Source: a virus
Taxonomy: Duplodnaviria; Caudoviricetes
DNA: 33,863 nt
IMG/VR virus record: IMGVR_UViG_3300011334_000184
Span: 1 to 33,863 of that record
Reading direction: 5' to 3' (one strand)
Part shown: one piece after another, positions 27,385-33,863 of the stretch
Position numbering within the stretch: position 1 is the stretch's first letter
Layout of the letters: each line of letters opens with the position of its first letter
The notes under the pieces: model-generated
Databases searched by the model: none
What the model was told of the DNA's origin: nothing
What the model saw: only the letters and a program-made list of their open reading frames with translations
Translations under genes and position numbers: made by a program

Positions 27385-27771
27385 ATGTTTAGTGGTTTAG
27401 CTAGTTTAATCTTCCCAGCATTGATGCCAGCACTAACAGATGGACTACGAGGTATCTTTGCTAAAGTCACAGGCGGTGCAGGCGGTACTCCACAGAATGT
27501 CAATGAGCGTATTCAACTCATGCAGGCAGAGACAGCAAGGCTTCAAGCCCTAGCTGAGATTGATAAGCCAAGTGGTGAACCTAGTCGTTGGGTAACTGAC
27601 ATGCGCTCATCCTTCCGATACATTGCTATCTTAATTATATGGCTTGCTACTATTGGCGCTGTGTTCACCCCAGACATTGCCCAGCCTATTACGTTGATGA
27701 TGCTAGACCTCAGTGGTGCGTGCATGTCATTCGTTATTGGCGAACGCATGTACTTGAGTCTTAAAAAATGA
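27385..27771 (+). CDS. Putative holin (GTA 3TM-like)
   Basis: Hydrophobic segments, W...R...R and FVIGER tail; next to the endolysin. Confidence 0.65.
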   Translation: MFSGLASLIFPALMPALTDGLRGIFAKVTGGAGGTPQNVNERIQLMQAETARLQALAEIDKPSGEPSRWVTDMRSSFRYIAILIIWLATIGAVFTPDIAQPITLMMLDLSGACMSFVIGERMYLSLKK

Positions 27772-28511
27772 AAATACTATTGCTAGATATTGAGACGGCC
27801 CCTAACTTAGTACATGTTTGGGGGCTTTGGCAGCAAAATGTATCTATCAATCAGATTATGGATAGCGGATATGTAATGTGCTGGGCTGCAAAGTGGTATG
27901 GAGAAGATGACATATACTTTGATAGCGTATATAAAAGCAAGCCCAAAAGGATGCTTGAAAAAATATATCAAATGCTTGAGGAGGCTGATGCGGTTATTCA
28001 TTACAACGGCACAAAGTTTGATATTCCAACCCTCAATAAAGAGTTTCTCCTATACGGCATGACGCCTCCAGCTCCATATAAACAAATAGACTTGCTAAGA
28101 ACAGCTAGGTCTCAGTTTAGATTTCCCTCTAACAAATTAGATTACGTTGCACAATCTCTTAACTTAGGAAAAAAAGTTAAGCATATTGGCCATGAACTTT
28201 GGATTCGTTGTATGAATGATGAGCCAGAAGCATGGGAAATGATGGAAGAATATAACATTCAAGACGTAGCTTTATTAGAAAAGGTTTATGACAAGCTCAA
28301 GCCTTGGATTAAAAGCCATCCAAATCACGGAGTCTATGAAGGCGGAGTGTGTTGTACCAATTGTGGTGGAATTAATTATCAACGCAGAGGTTGGGCATAT
28401 ACTAGCGCCCATAAGTATCAACGCTTTGCCTGTACGGATTGCGGAACGTGGTTCAAAAGCACAAAATCTAATCTGTTTGATGAGCCAAAAAGGTTTAGTG
28501 CAGTTTCGTGA
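27768..28511 (+). CDS. RNase H-fold 3'-5' exonuclease (DnaQ/YprB-like) with C-terminal Zn ribbon
   Basis: LLDIET, HYNGTKFDIP, NKLDYVA, YNIQDV; CTNCG...CTDCG. Confidence 0.85.
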   Translation: MKILLLDIETAPNLVHVWGLWQQNVSINQIMDSGYVMCWAAKWYGEDDIYFDSVYKSKPKRMLEKIYQMLEEADAVIHYNGTKFDIPTLNKEFLLYGMTPPAPYKQIDLLRTARSQFRFPSNKLDYVAQSLNLGKKVKHIGHELWIRCMNDEPEAWEMMEEYNIQDVALLEKVYDKLKPWIKSHPNHGVYEGGVCCTNCGGINYQRRGWAYTSAHKYQRFACTDCGTWFKSTKSNLFDEPKRFSAVS

Positions 28512-28549
28512 TTATTGGTATATCATGATAGTTTTAAACAGGAGCTATC

Positions 28550-28966
28550 ATGAACAAAGAAGAACGTTTGATATGGCAAAGAGAGTATAGAAAAAATAAC
28601 GGAAATATCTCAACAAAGAAATATGAGAAAACTAAGAAGGGATTTCTGGTTAGGCTTTACAGAAATATGGAATCAAGGATAACTGGAGTACAGAAAGTTA
28701 AAGCCCACTTGTATGTAGGCAAGGCGCTTTTAAATAGAGATGAGTTTTATGAGTGGTCATTAAATAATATTTCGTTTCACAATTTATTTGCAGACTGGGA
28801 AAAGTCAAATTATGAAAGAAGATTAACTCCTTCTGTTGATAGAGTTGATTCATCTAAAGGTTATGAGATTAGCAACATGGAGTGGATAACGTTTACAGAA
28901 AACTGTAAGCGTGGAGTAGCTAGTAAAAATAAAATGAGGAAAGGTACAACTACTAATGGCTTATGA
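28550..28966 (+). CDS. HNH-like (His-Me finger type) endonuclease-related protein
   Basis: PSVDRVDSSKGYEISNMEWITFTEN motif; basic N-terminus; SD AGGAG. Confidence 0.6.
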   Translation: MNKEERLIWQREYRKNNGNISTKKYEKTKKGFLVRLYRNMESRITGVQKVKAHLYVGKALLNRDEFYEWSLNNISFHNLFADWEKSNYERRLTPSVDRVDSSKGYEISNMEWITFTENCKRGVASKNKMRKGTTTNGL

Positions 28967-29141
28967 GCAGGAAGAAGAATCAGTAGTAGACTTGTGCGAT
29001 AGAATACTTGGCTCTGAGATTGATGAGATTGCAGTCGACTCTGACAATGAGATTGTTTATATCTATACGAGCAATGGCATGATACAGATTAGTGGCGATG
29101 ACTTACGGATGTATGTTTCCTGTGATAAGTACGATGATTAA
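28956..29141 (+). CDS. Small acidic hypothetical protein
   Basis: 61 aa, very Asp/Glu-rich. Confidence 0.7.
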   Translation: MAYEQEEESVVDLCDRILGSEIDEIAVDSDNEIVYIYTSNGMIQISGDDLRMYVSCDKYDD

Positions 29142-29228
29142 TTAATGATTATCTCTATTGTTTGTCTTTAATATTAAGCACATTATTAAACACAAGCACT
29201 TTTGCTTATCATATATTAAGGACTAATC

Positions 29229-29300
29229 ATGTGGACTAAACCATCAGCTACTGAAATGCGTTTCGGCTTTGAAGTAACAATGTATATTTGCAATCGCTAA
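29229..29300 (+). CDS. pqqA: PQQ precursor peptide PqqA (MWTKPSATEMRFGFEVTMYICNR); not in ORF track
   Basis: 23 aa, SD AAGGA; canonical W.KP.....R.GFEVT.Y with the E15-x-x-x-Y19 residues that form PQQ. Confidence 0.95.
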   Translation: MWTKPSATEMRFGFEVTMYICNR

Positions 29301-29521
29301 TAGTGTAGGCCCTCGTTACCATTCTTTCCGATGGTATCAATCCTCGCTTCATCCCACTCATCACTACTATTCTCTGGATACTCATTTAATGGTAGTGGTG
29401 GTGGCACCCAGCGTGGCTTCTTAGGTTTCGCTCCAAAAATTTTATCAAAGTTATTTTCAAACTCTTTACTGTTTAGTCTGGAGACCAAAGGGTCATTCGT
29501 AATATCGTTAGTCGCTGCCAT
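29297..29521 (-). CDS. Hypothetical protein
   Basis: MAATNDITND...; SD GGAG; converges on pqqA with a 4-nt overlap. Confidence 0.7.
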   Translation of the reverse strand: MAATNDITNDPLVSRLNSKEFENNFDKIFGAKPKKPRWVPPPLPLNEYPENSSDEWDEARIDTIGKNGNEGLHY

Positions 29522-29882
29522 ACTTTCTCCTAGTCTCAATTAGCTTATTCACATACCAGACTGCCTTCTCATAGTCCTCTATCTCGTCATCCTTTAGCCC
29601 AGCGCGTGATAGGTACTTGATAGCTGTCAGCCTTAGATGCCCACAGAACTCCTCATGTGTAGACTTGGCTTCCATGTAGTCGATTGTTTCAATGCCCCCA
29701 CTTGTGTAATGGCTTGGATGATTGACGGCATCAGCCGATTTGTCTTTATAATACATTGCTCTTGCATCAATAAAATCCTGTTCATTAGCTTTATATATTT
29801 CCCATTCCTCATTATCCATTTGGATAGCCTCGCTAGGGCGAGACTCTTTAAACCTTAACATCAAATTTTCATACGCGTTCAT
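29508..29882 (-). CDS. DUF3310 protein (T7 gp1.7 / SaV-like)
   Basis: DAVNHPSHYTSGGIETIDY...AIKYLSRAGLK...ED.EKA.WY. Confidence 0.9.
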   Translation of the reverse strand: MNAYENLMLRFKESRPSEAIQMDNEEWEIYKANEQDFIDARAMYYKDKSADAVNHPSHYTSGGIETIDYMEAKSTHEEFCGHLRLTAIKYLSRAGLKDDEIEDYEKAVWYVNKLIETRRKYGSD

Positions 29883-29970
29883 ATTTAATCCTCAATGCTA
29901 TTCCTACTAGCAGCCCTAAGATAAAAGCCTCTTTGTAACATGTAACGTACCAGTAAATAGTTTCAATCAT
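29869..29970 (-). CDS. Small membrane peptide (33 aa, MIETIYWY...FILGLLVGIALR); not in ORF track
   Basis: Overlaps both neighbours; one hydrophobic segment. Confidence 0.5.
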   Translation of the reverse strand: MIETIYWYVTCYKEAFILGLLVGIALRIKYERV

Positions 29971-30106
29971 TCGTTATCTTCCCTATCCTTTGATGATAAT
30001 CGCCACGCATATCTTTAAAAGTTACTGTGCAACTTTGATGTAGGCTAGTCCACAAACTCATCGTTAAGAAAGTTACATGCAACCCTCCTGCGATAGCGTT
30101 ATTCAT
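29963..30106 (-). CDS. Small hypothetical protein (47 aa, MNNAIAGGLHV...); not in ORF track
   Basis: ATGA overlap with the upstream gene; fills the gap. Confidence 0.5.
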   Translation of the reverse strand: MNNAIAGGLHVTFLTMSLWTSLHQSCTVTFKDMRGDYHQRIGKITND

Positions 30107-30645
30107 AGTGGGCCTACTGCGCTATCAAAGATTGCAAACGTGCTACCAATGCCACGATTAACCTTGTCTGACTTGCTACGTTGCCAAGCGTACCATCCTG
30201 CTGGCTTGTTTGTATTTAGGTAAGTCGTGCAATTGGGATTATCCTTGTCAACGATGACAGTCCGAGAATCAAACTCATTCATGTTGCGATTCATCTTTTG
30301 CTCGGCATCAAGCCTGTTTAACTCACGTTGTAAGTCACCTACCTGCAAATGCTCAATGCGTTCAATATATTTTTGGCCTTCAAATATTTTGTTTGTCTTG
30401 CTGTAAAACATTGCCACCTTGTTATCAATAGGGCATCTTTGTTTGTATGCTACTTTGATATATTTGCGTGACTTTAAATAAACTAAGTCATAGTTGAGGC
30501 GGCTTCTGCTTTCGTATTGCTGAAGGATTTGCGCTGCTGTCTTTGGGCCATCGCTGATGAACTCAAGCAATGCAACCTGGCGCTTCATTGAAATCATGCG
30601 AAGTAATCCGCGTTTGTTTACTGTATTTTCTAATTTAATTTTCAT
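30103..30645 (-). CDS. Hypothetical protein, possible winged-helix DNA-binding
   Basis: LLEFISDGPKTAAQI...LNYDLVYLKSRKYI resembles a wHTH; SD AGGA. Confidence 0.6.
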   Translation of the reverse strand: MKIKLENTVNKRGLLRMISMKRQVALLEFISDGPKTAAQILQQYESRSRLNYDLVYLKSRKYIKVAYKQRCPIDNKVAMFYSKTNKIFEGQKYIERIEHLQVGDLQRELNRLDAEQKMNRNMNEFDSRTVIVDKDNPNCTTYLNTNKPAGWYAWQRSKSDKVNRGIGSTFAIFDSAVGPL

Positions 30646-30734
30646 GATAGTTTCCTAATAGTGTTGGGGTACTAACGTAATTACGATTAATAAAGTGAGC
30701 ACAATATATCGTGCGCTTTCCCCCATTCTTTACA

Positions 30735-30998
30735 TTAAAATGGTACGTCAGAGTCCATTTCATCTAGTGGTTGGTTCTGATAGGCATTACCTTTTGCCAT
30801 CTCTTTTACTGGTGCTAGGTCAGGTTCTGCTAGGTTAGCAAAGCCATCCCAATTCAATGGAATCGTCTCAAGTTTGGCAGCAAGGCCACCAGTCTTAGTC
30901 TCCATCACGACACCAATCTTAATCCAACGTGCTTTGGTATCGCCATTCTTGTCTTTGTATTCGCCATTCTTTGCTACTAAGTTATATTTTACAGCCAT
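30735..30998 (-). CDS. Putative small single-stranded DNA-binding protein
   Basis: Beta-rich core with SSB-type acidic tail DEMDSDVPF, downstream of the exonuclease and SSAP genes. Confidence 0.65.
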   Translation of the reverse strand: MAVKYNLVAKNGEYKDKNGDTKARWIKIGVVMETKTGGLAAKLETIPLNWDGFANLAEPDLAPVKEMAKGNAYQNQPLDEMDSDVPF

Positions 30999-31000
30999 GA

Positions 31001-31606
31001 TTATTTTCCTTTTAATCGTGTAATTACTTGTTCTACTTCATCGTTAAATTCTACTACTTTACTTTCAAGCTCTGCAATATAGGCATCATCACGTTCGTAC
31101 CGCTTAATGAATAGTTGCATATCTTTTGGTAACTCTGGACAAAACGAGACAAAATCTACCCACTTGCTGTGCGTACACGCCATCTGCCAAGCCATCTGAG
31201 GAATGTACTTTGCTGGCACCTTATCGTCAAGCAAATACTTAACGTGAGTTTTAGCCATAGGACATTTAATCTCAATCAGCCCGTCATCTACAATGCCATC
31301 AGGACTTGCGCCACTCATAGGAATAGCAGGATGGTCAATGAACGCAACTTGTTTTACAAACGTAGCACGTTCTACCTCATACCACGCACGTGCAATCGGT
31401 TCTAGCTCAATTCCACGCTCCATGTGAGCATTGGTATACCCATCAGTAGGAACGCCTGTTAAGCGCTCGCACACGAGCTCTATGCGGTAGTTCTCACGTC
31501 CTGCTGCTTCTCCTACTTTAACTTGTGCCATGACATCAGTAATGCGACTAGCAGTAATCTTGCCACATCTCATGTCTAGCCATTCTTGTGAGCCTTGTTC
31601 AATCAT
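31001..31606 (-). CDS. YqaJ / lambda-exonuclease family recombination nuclease
   Basis: QGSQEWL..R.G.ITAS, G..LEP.AR, ASPDG, IEIKCP and Q..WQM motifs. Confidence 0.95.
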   Translation of the reverse strand: MIEQGSQEWLDMRCGKITASRITDVMAQVKVGEAAGRENYRIELVCERLTGVPTDGYTNAHMERGIELEPIARAWYEVERATFVKQVAFIDHPAIPMSGASPDGIVDDGLIEIKCPMAKTHVKYLLDDKVPAKYIPQMAWQMACTHSKWVDFVSFCPELPKDMQLFIKRYERDDAYIAELESKVVEFNDEVEQVITRLKGK

Positions 31607-31743
31607 TATCTAATCCTCGGCATTGATTTAGCTAACGCATACTTGTGGCCCATCTGAGCTACAATCTCTGCGACACGTTTCTCACGCTTCTTAACTGCAA
31701 CTGCTGGTGGAGCTGACAATTTATAAAAGTTATTTAGTAGCAT
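31606..31743 (-). CDS. Small basic hypothetical protein (45 aa, MLLNNFYKLSAPP...); not in ORF track
   Basis: SD GAGGTG; TAATG overlap with the exonuclease start. Confidence 0.65.
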   Translation of the reverse strand: MLLNNFYKLSAPPAVAVKKREKRVAEIVAQMGHKYALAKSMPRIR

Positions 31744-31745
31744 GA

Positions 31746-32333
31746 TTACACCTCGAATAGTGAAGCTACTTCTTTAGCACGCGCAATGACTTGAGCCTCT
31801 GCTGACTTGTTGCCATGGCATGCATTCATGGCTTGCTTGTATGCAACTGTCAATGCTGCCTTGTCTTTTGCTTTGCCAAGCTCTGCTAGGATTGCGTCAG
31901 TGTCAATGTCTACTTGTGGCAAATCTTCGCCAGCATAGATGTATAAGCCAATACCAAAGCAAGCAATACATTTAGCCAGGCATCGCATTGTCGCATCGCT
32001 AATCTTACGTGCATCAGGATTAGTAATCGCATTGTTACGGTTATCCATCACTGGTAACTGCATGCGCATAGTCTTTCCAAGCGCTGTAACGTTACAAAAC
32101 ACCATCATGGTATCGTTATATACCTTTGGCTCTGGAAACTCCCATGAAGCGTTAGGGTCATTCTGTAATAGGGTATCAACGGCCCAAGTCCATGATAGGT
32201 AAGTGAGCTGGCCTTTCTTTTCCGTGTGCTCATTTACGTTAATCTTGCGTAGTTCTGAGTATGTAGTCATTATCGTTTCCTGTTGTTGTTTAAGTTCGTC
32301 CATTACTTCTGCTTGAAATTGTTGTTCGCTCAT
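31746..32333 (-). CDS. Sak / Rad52-like single-strand annealing protein (DUF1071)
   Basis: EKKGQLTYLSWTWA, LPVMDNRN, MRCLAK.IA.FGIGLYIYAGEDLP. Alternative start at 32270. Confidence 0.9.
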   Translation of the reverse strand: MSEQQFQAEVMDELKQQQETIMTTYSELRKINVNEHTEKKGQLTYLSWTWAVDTLLQNDPNASWEFPEPKVYNDTMMVFCNVTALGKTMRMQLPVMDNRNNAITNPDARKISDATMRCLAKCIACFGIGLYIYAGEDLPQVDIDTDAILAELGKAKDKAALTVAYKQAMNACHGNKSAEAQVIARAKEVASLFEV

Positions 32334-32572
32334 AGGTTGTTAGCCTCGTGGTCAATAATCATATCTTCCAGGGCATCCATGACGCGCTTAGATAACAATT
32401 CCTCGATGTCTTGTGTGCTGTCAGTAAGCTCTACTGAGTGGATGGTAACTGAGTAAGTCGTAGGACTATCACCAGTTCCGTATGGGTCAACCTCGATGTC
32501 ACATTCATAGAATACATCTAGCTCTATGCCGTATACTTCGAAGGTCTCTAACGTGCCGTCTTTAATTGCCAT
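32330..32572 (-). CDS. Acidic hypothetical protein
   Basis: 80 aa, SD GAGGA; first gene of the leftward recombination operon. Confidence 0.75.
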   Translation of the reverse strand: MAIKDGTLETFEVYGIELDVFYECDIEVDPYGTGDSPTTYSVTIHSVELTDSTQDIEELLSKRVMDALEDMIIDHEANNL

Positions 32573-32638
32573 TATCGTTTCCTCATAGTTAGTACCAAGT
32601 GGTACGCTTCACAATATATATATCTGTGAGCTATCCGT

Positions 32639-32667
32639 ATAATGATTTATTTAAATGACTTTGTCAA
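32639..32667 (-). promoter_or_regulatory. Leftward sigma70-like promoter (TTGACA-17-CATTAT)
   Basis: Perfect -35 at 32667-32662, -10 at 32644-32639, upstream of the recombination operon. Confidence 0.6.
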
Positions 32668-32686
32668 TATCGATAAGAAATTTTAA

Positions 32687-32715
32687 TTGAACTATGGATT
32701 ATGCTGATATATCAT
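32687..32715 (+). promoter_or_regulatory. Rightward sigma70-like promoter (TTGAAC-17-TATCAT)
   Basis: Divergent from the leftward promoter; predicted +1 near 32722, where hairpin 1 begins. Confidence 0.6.
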
Positions 32716-32721
32716 AGTCAT

Positions 32722-32827
32722 TAGTGAATTTATGAATGGCCTGGACAAGAGGTTAGTATTGATAAGTTCATTGCGAACTGAGGCTGTTATTGAGATGCTT
32801 GTCCCATCTTGGTAACGGCCTTTTTTT
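32722..32827 (+). promoter_or_regulatory. Structured 5' leader: two hairpins with complementary loops, the second an intrinsic terminator
   Basis: Loop GGACAAG (32743-32749) and loop CTTGTCC (32798-32804); 17-bp stem followed by a T-run directly before SD GGAG. Confidence 0.75.
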
Positions 32828-32840
32828 ATGGAGAAAAGAA

Positions 32841-33542
32841 ATGGATTGGTTTAGACACGATTCAAACGCGAACCTTGATGAGAAGCTACAAGAGGTTCTG
32901 CTAGACTATGGCCTTGAAGGCTATGGCCTCTACTGGTATTGCATTGAGCTTATTGTAGGCAAGACCAATACTGATAACATTACCTTTGAGCTCAAGCATG
33001 ATGCTAGGATTATTGCTAGGAATACAGGCTCCAGTCCACAAAAGGTAGAGGAGATGATGAAGCGCTTTGTATCTCTTGGATTGTTTGAGAATGTAGATGG
33101 GAAGATTACTTGCTTAAAGGTTGCCAAACGTTTGATGTCGTCAGCCACAAGCAACCCTCAGATGCGTAACTTGATACAAAATATTAAACTAAGTCATGAT
33201 GCCGTCATGACGACGTCAGATAAAATCAGCCCAGATAAGATTAGATTAGATGAGATTAGATTAGATAAGACTAGAACAAAACCATCGCGCGAAATCGCGC
33301 TTGTTGTTTCGCATGACTTTGAAACTTTCTGGCATACATACCCAAAGAAAGTTGGAAAAGATGCAGCGCTTAAATCGTGGAATAAAGCAAAGCCACATCT
33401 TGATGACGTATTAAACGCATTGTATTGGCAACGAGACTCTGAGCAATGGAAGAGGGAGAATGGAAAGTATATTCCTAATCCATCTACGTATCTTAATCAA
33501 GGTCGCTGGAAAGATGAAGCGCCAGTAGAGGAGCTATGGTAA
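32841..33542 (+). CDS. Replication initiator (lambda O-like; DUF4373/Lin1244-like N-terminus)
   Basis: WFRHD...YGLEGYGLYW..IE N-domain and FETFW..YPKK.GK..A...W...YIPNPSTYLNQGRW.DE C-domain. ATG at 32841 after GGAG. Confidence 0.85.
   Translation: MDWFRHDSNANLDEKLQEVLLDYGLEGYGLYWYCIELIVGKTNTDNITFELKHDARIIARNTGSSPQKVEEMMKRFVSLGLFENVDGKITCLKVAKRLMSSATSNPQMRNLIQNIKLSHDAVMTTSDKISPDKIRLDEIRLDKTRTKPSREIALVVSHDFETFWHTYPKKVGKDAALKSWNKAKPHLDDVLNALYWQRDSEQWKRENGKYIPNPSTYLNQGRWKDEAPVEELW
33193..33275 (+). repeat. Iteron-like repeats; putative replication origin within the initiator gene
   Basis: GTCA(TGA) at 11-bp spacing (33193, 33204, 33215), then a ~5-bp AGATT/AGATA repeat run at 33233-33275. Confidence 0.6.
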
Positions 33543-33863
33543 TGACTAAAGACGAAGCATTGAAGATGGTAATTGATAATTTAGAGTTGCAAGATTTTAA
33601 TACTGTTAATGCATCTTTAATTGCATATTGTAAAGAAGCGCTAGCACATCCTAGCATCGCAGAATTAAATGATGAATATTTGCGTAATACTCATGTAGAA
33701 GGATTAGAGGATATTTCCAAAATGGAAACAACCAGTCAGCCAGCACAAGAACCTGTGGCGTGGTTATATAAAAGAGAAAATAGCAGTGGTGGATGGTATG
33801 TTGTTACAAACTATGAAAAAGAAAATGATAACGGCGCTAGAAATATTCAGTGTTATGATATTC
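33542..33863 (+). CDS. 5' part of a modular 'box' family gene (MTKDEALKMVI...CKEAL...QPAQEPVAW...)
   Basis: TAATG-coupled to the initiator, open to the window end, same boxes as 130..570. Confidence 0.85.
   Translation, partial: MTKDEALKMVIDNLELQDFNTVNASLIAYCKEALAHPSIAELNDEYLRNTHVEGLEDISKMETTSQPAQEPVAWLYKRENSSGGWYVVTNYEKENDNGARNIQCYDI

Noticed and set aside
26712-27771. Spanin (Rz/Rz1) genes
   Set aside because: No lipobox-containing nested ORF identified; cannot be called from the sequence.
29150-29228. Dedicated sigma54 or sigma70 promoter for pqqA
   Set aside because: AAGCAC..TTGC has the wrong spacing for sigma54, and sigma70 matches are weak in this AT-rich stretch.
32790-32840. TTG start at 32790 for the initiator given by the ORF track
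   Set aside because: It lies inside the terminator hairpin with no SD; ATG 32841 has GGAG and begins the conserved WF.HD motif.
1-33863. Integrated prophage or lysogeny module; tRNA genes
   Set aside because: No integrase, CI-like repressor, att-flanked host genes or tRNA cloverleaf recognised.

Overview
The window is a near-complete (~34 kb, AT-rich) tailed-phage genome with a podovirus-type (T7/BPP-1-like) virion module: TerS/TerL, portal, scaffold, major capsid, decoration protein, tail tubular A/B, internal virion proteins, tail fibre and a holin/M15 endolysin cassette. Replication looks host-dependent: a lambda-O-like initiator and a G39P-like loader, with no polymerase or integrase seen. 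A Sak + YqaJ + SSB-like recombination module is present. Both ends of the window fall inside the same repeated gene family, so the contig probably broke in that repeat array. Highlights: (1) an array of modular genes between the initiator and loader, in which short DNA-identical boxes alternate with unrelated in-frame segments; (2) a 23-aa pqqA missed by the ORF track, pointing to a PQQ-using host, probably Methylophilaceae; (3) a two-hairpin leader with exactly complementary 7-nt loops plus a terminator in front of the initiator; (4) a C5 methyltransferase with a nested alternative-frame gene like M.EcoHK31I beta; (5) a candidate structured ncRNA, a phased A-tract bend and apparent GATC avoidance. 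All family assignments come from motif recognition by eye, not database searches.
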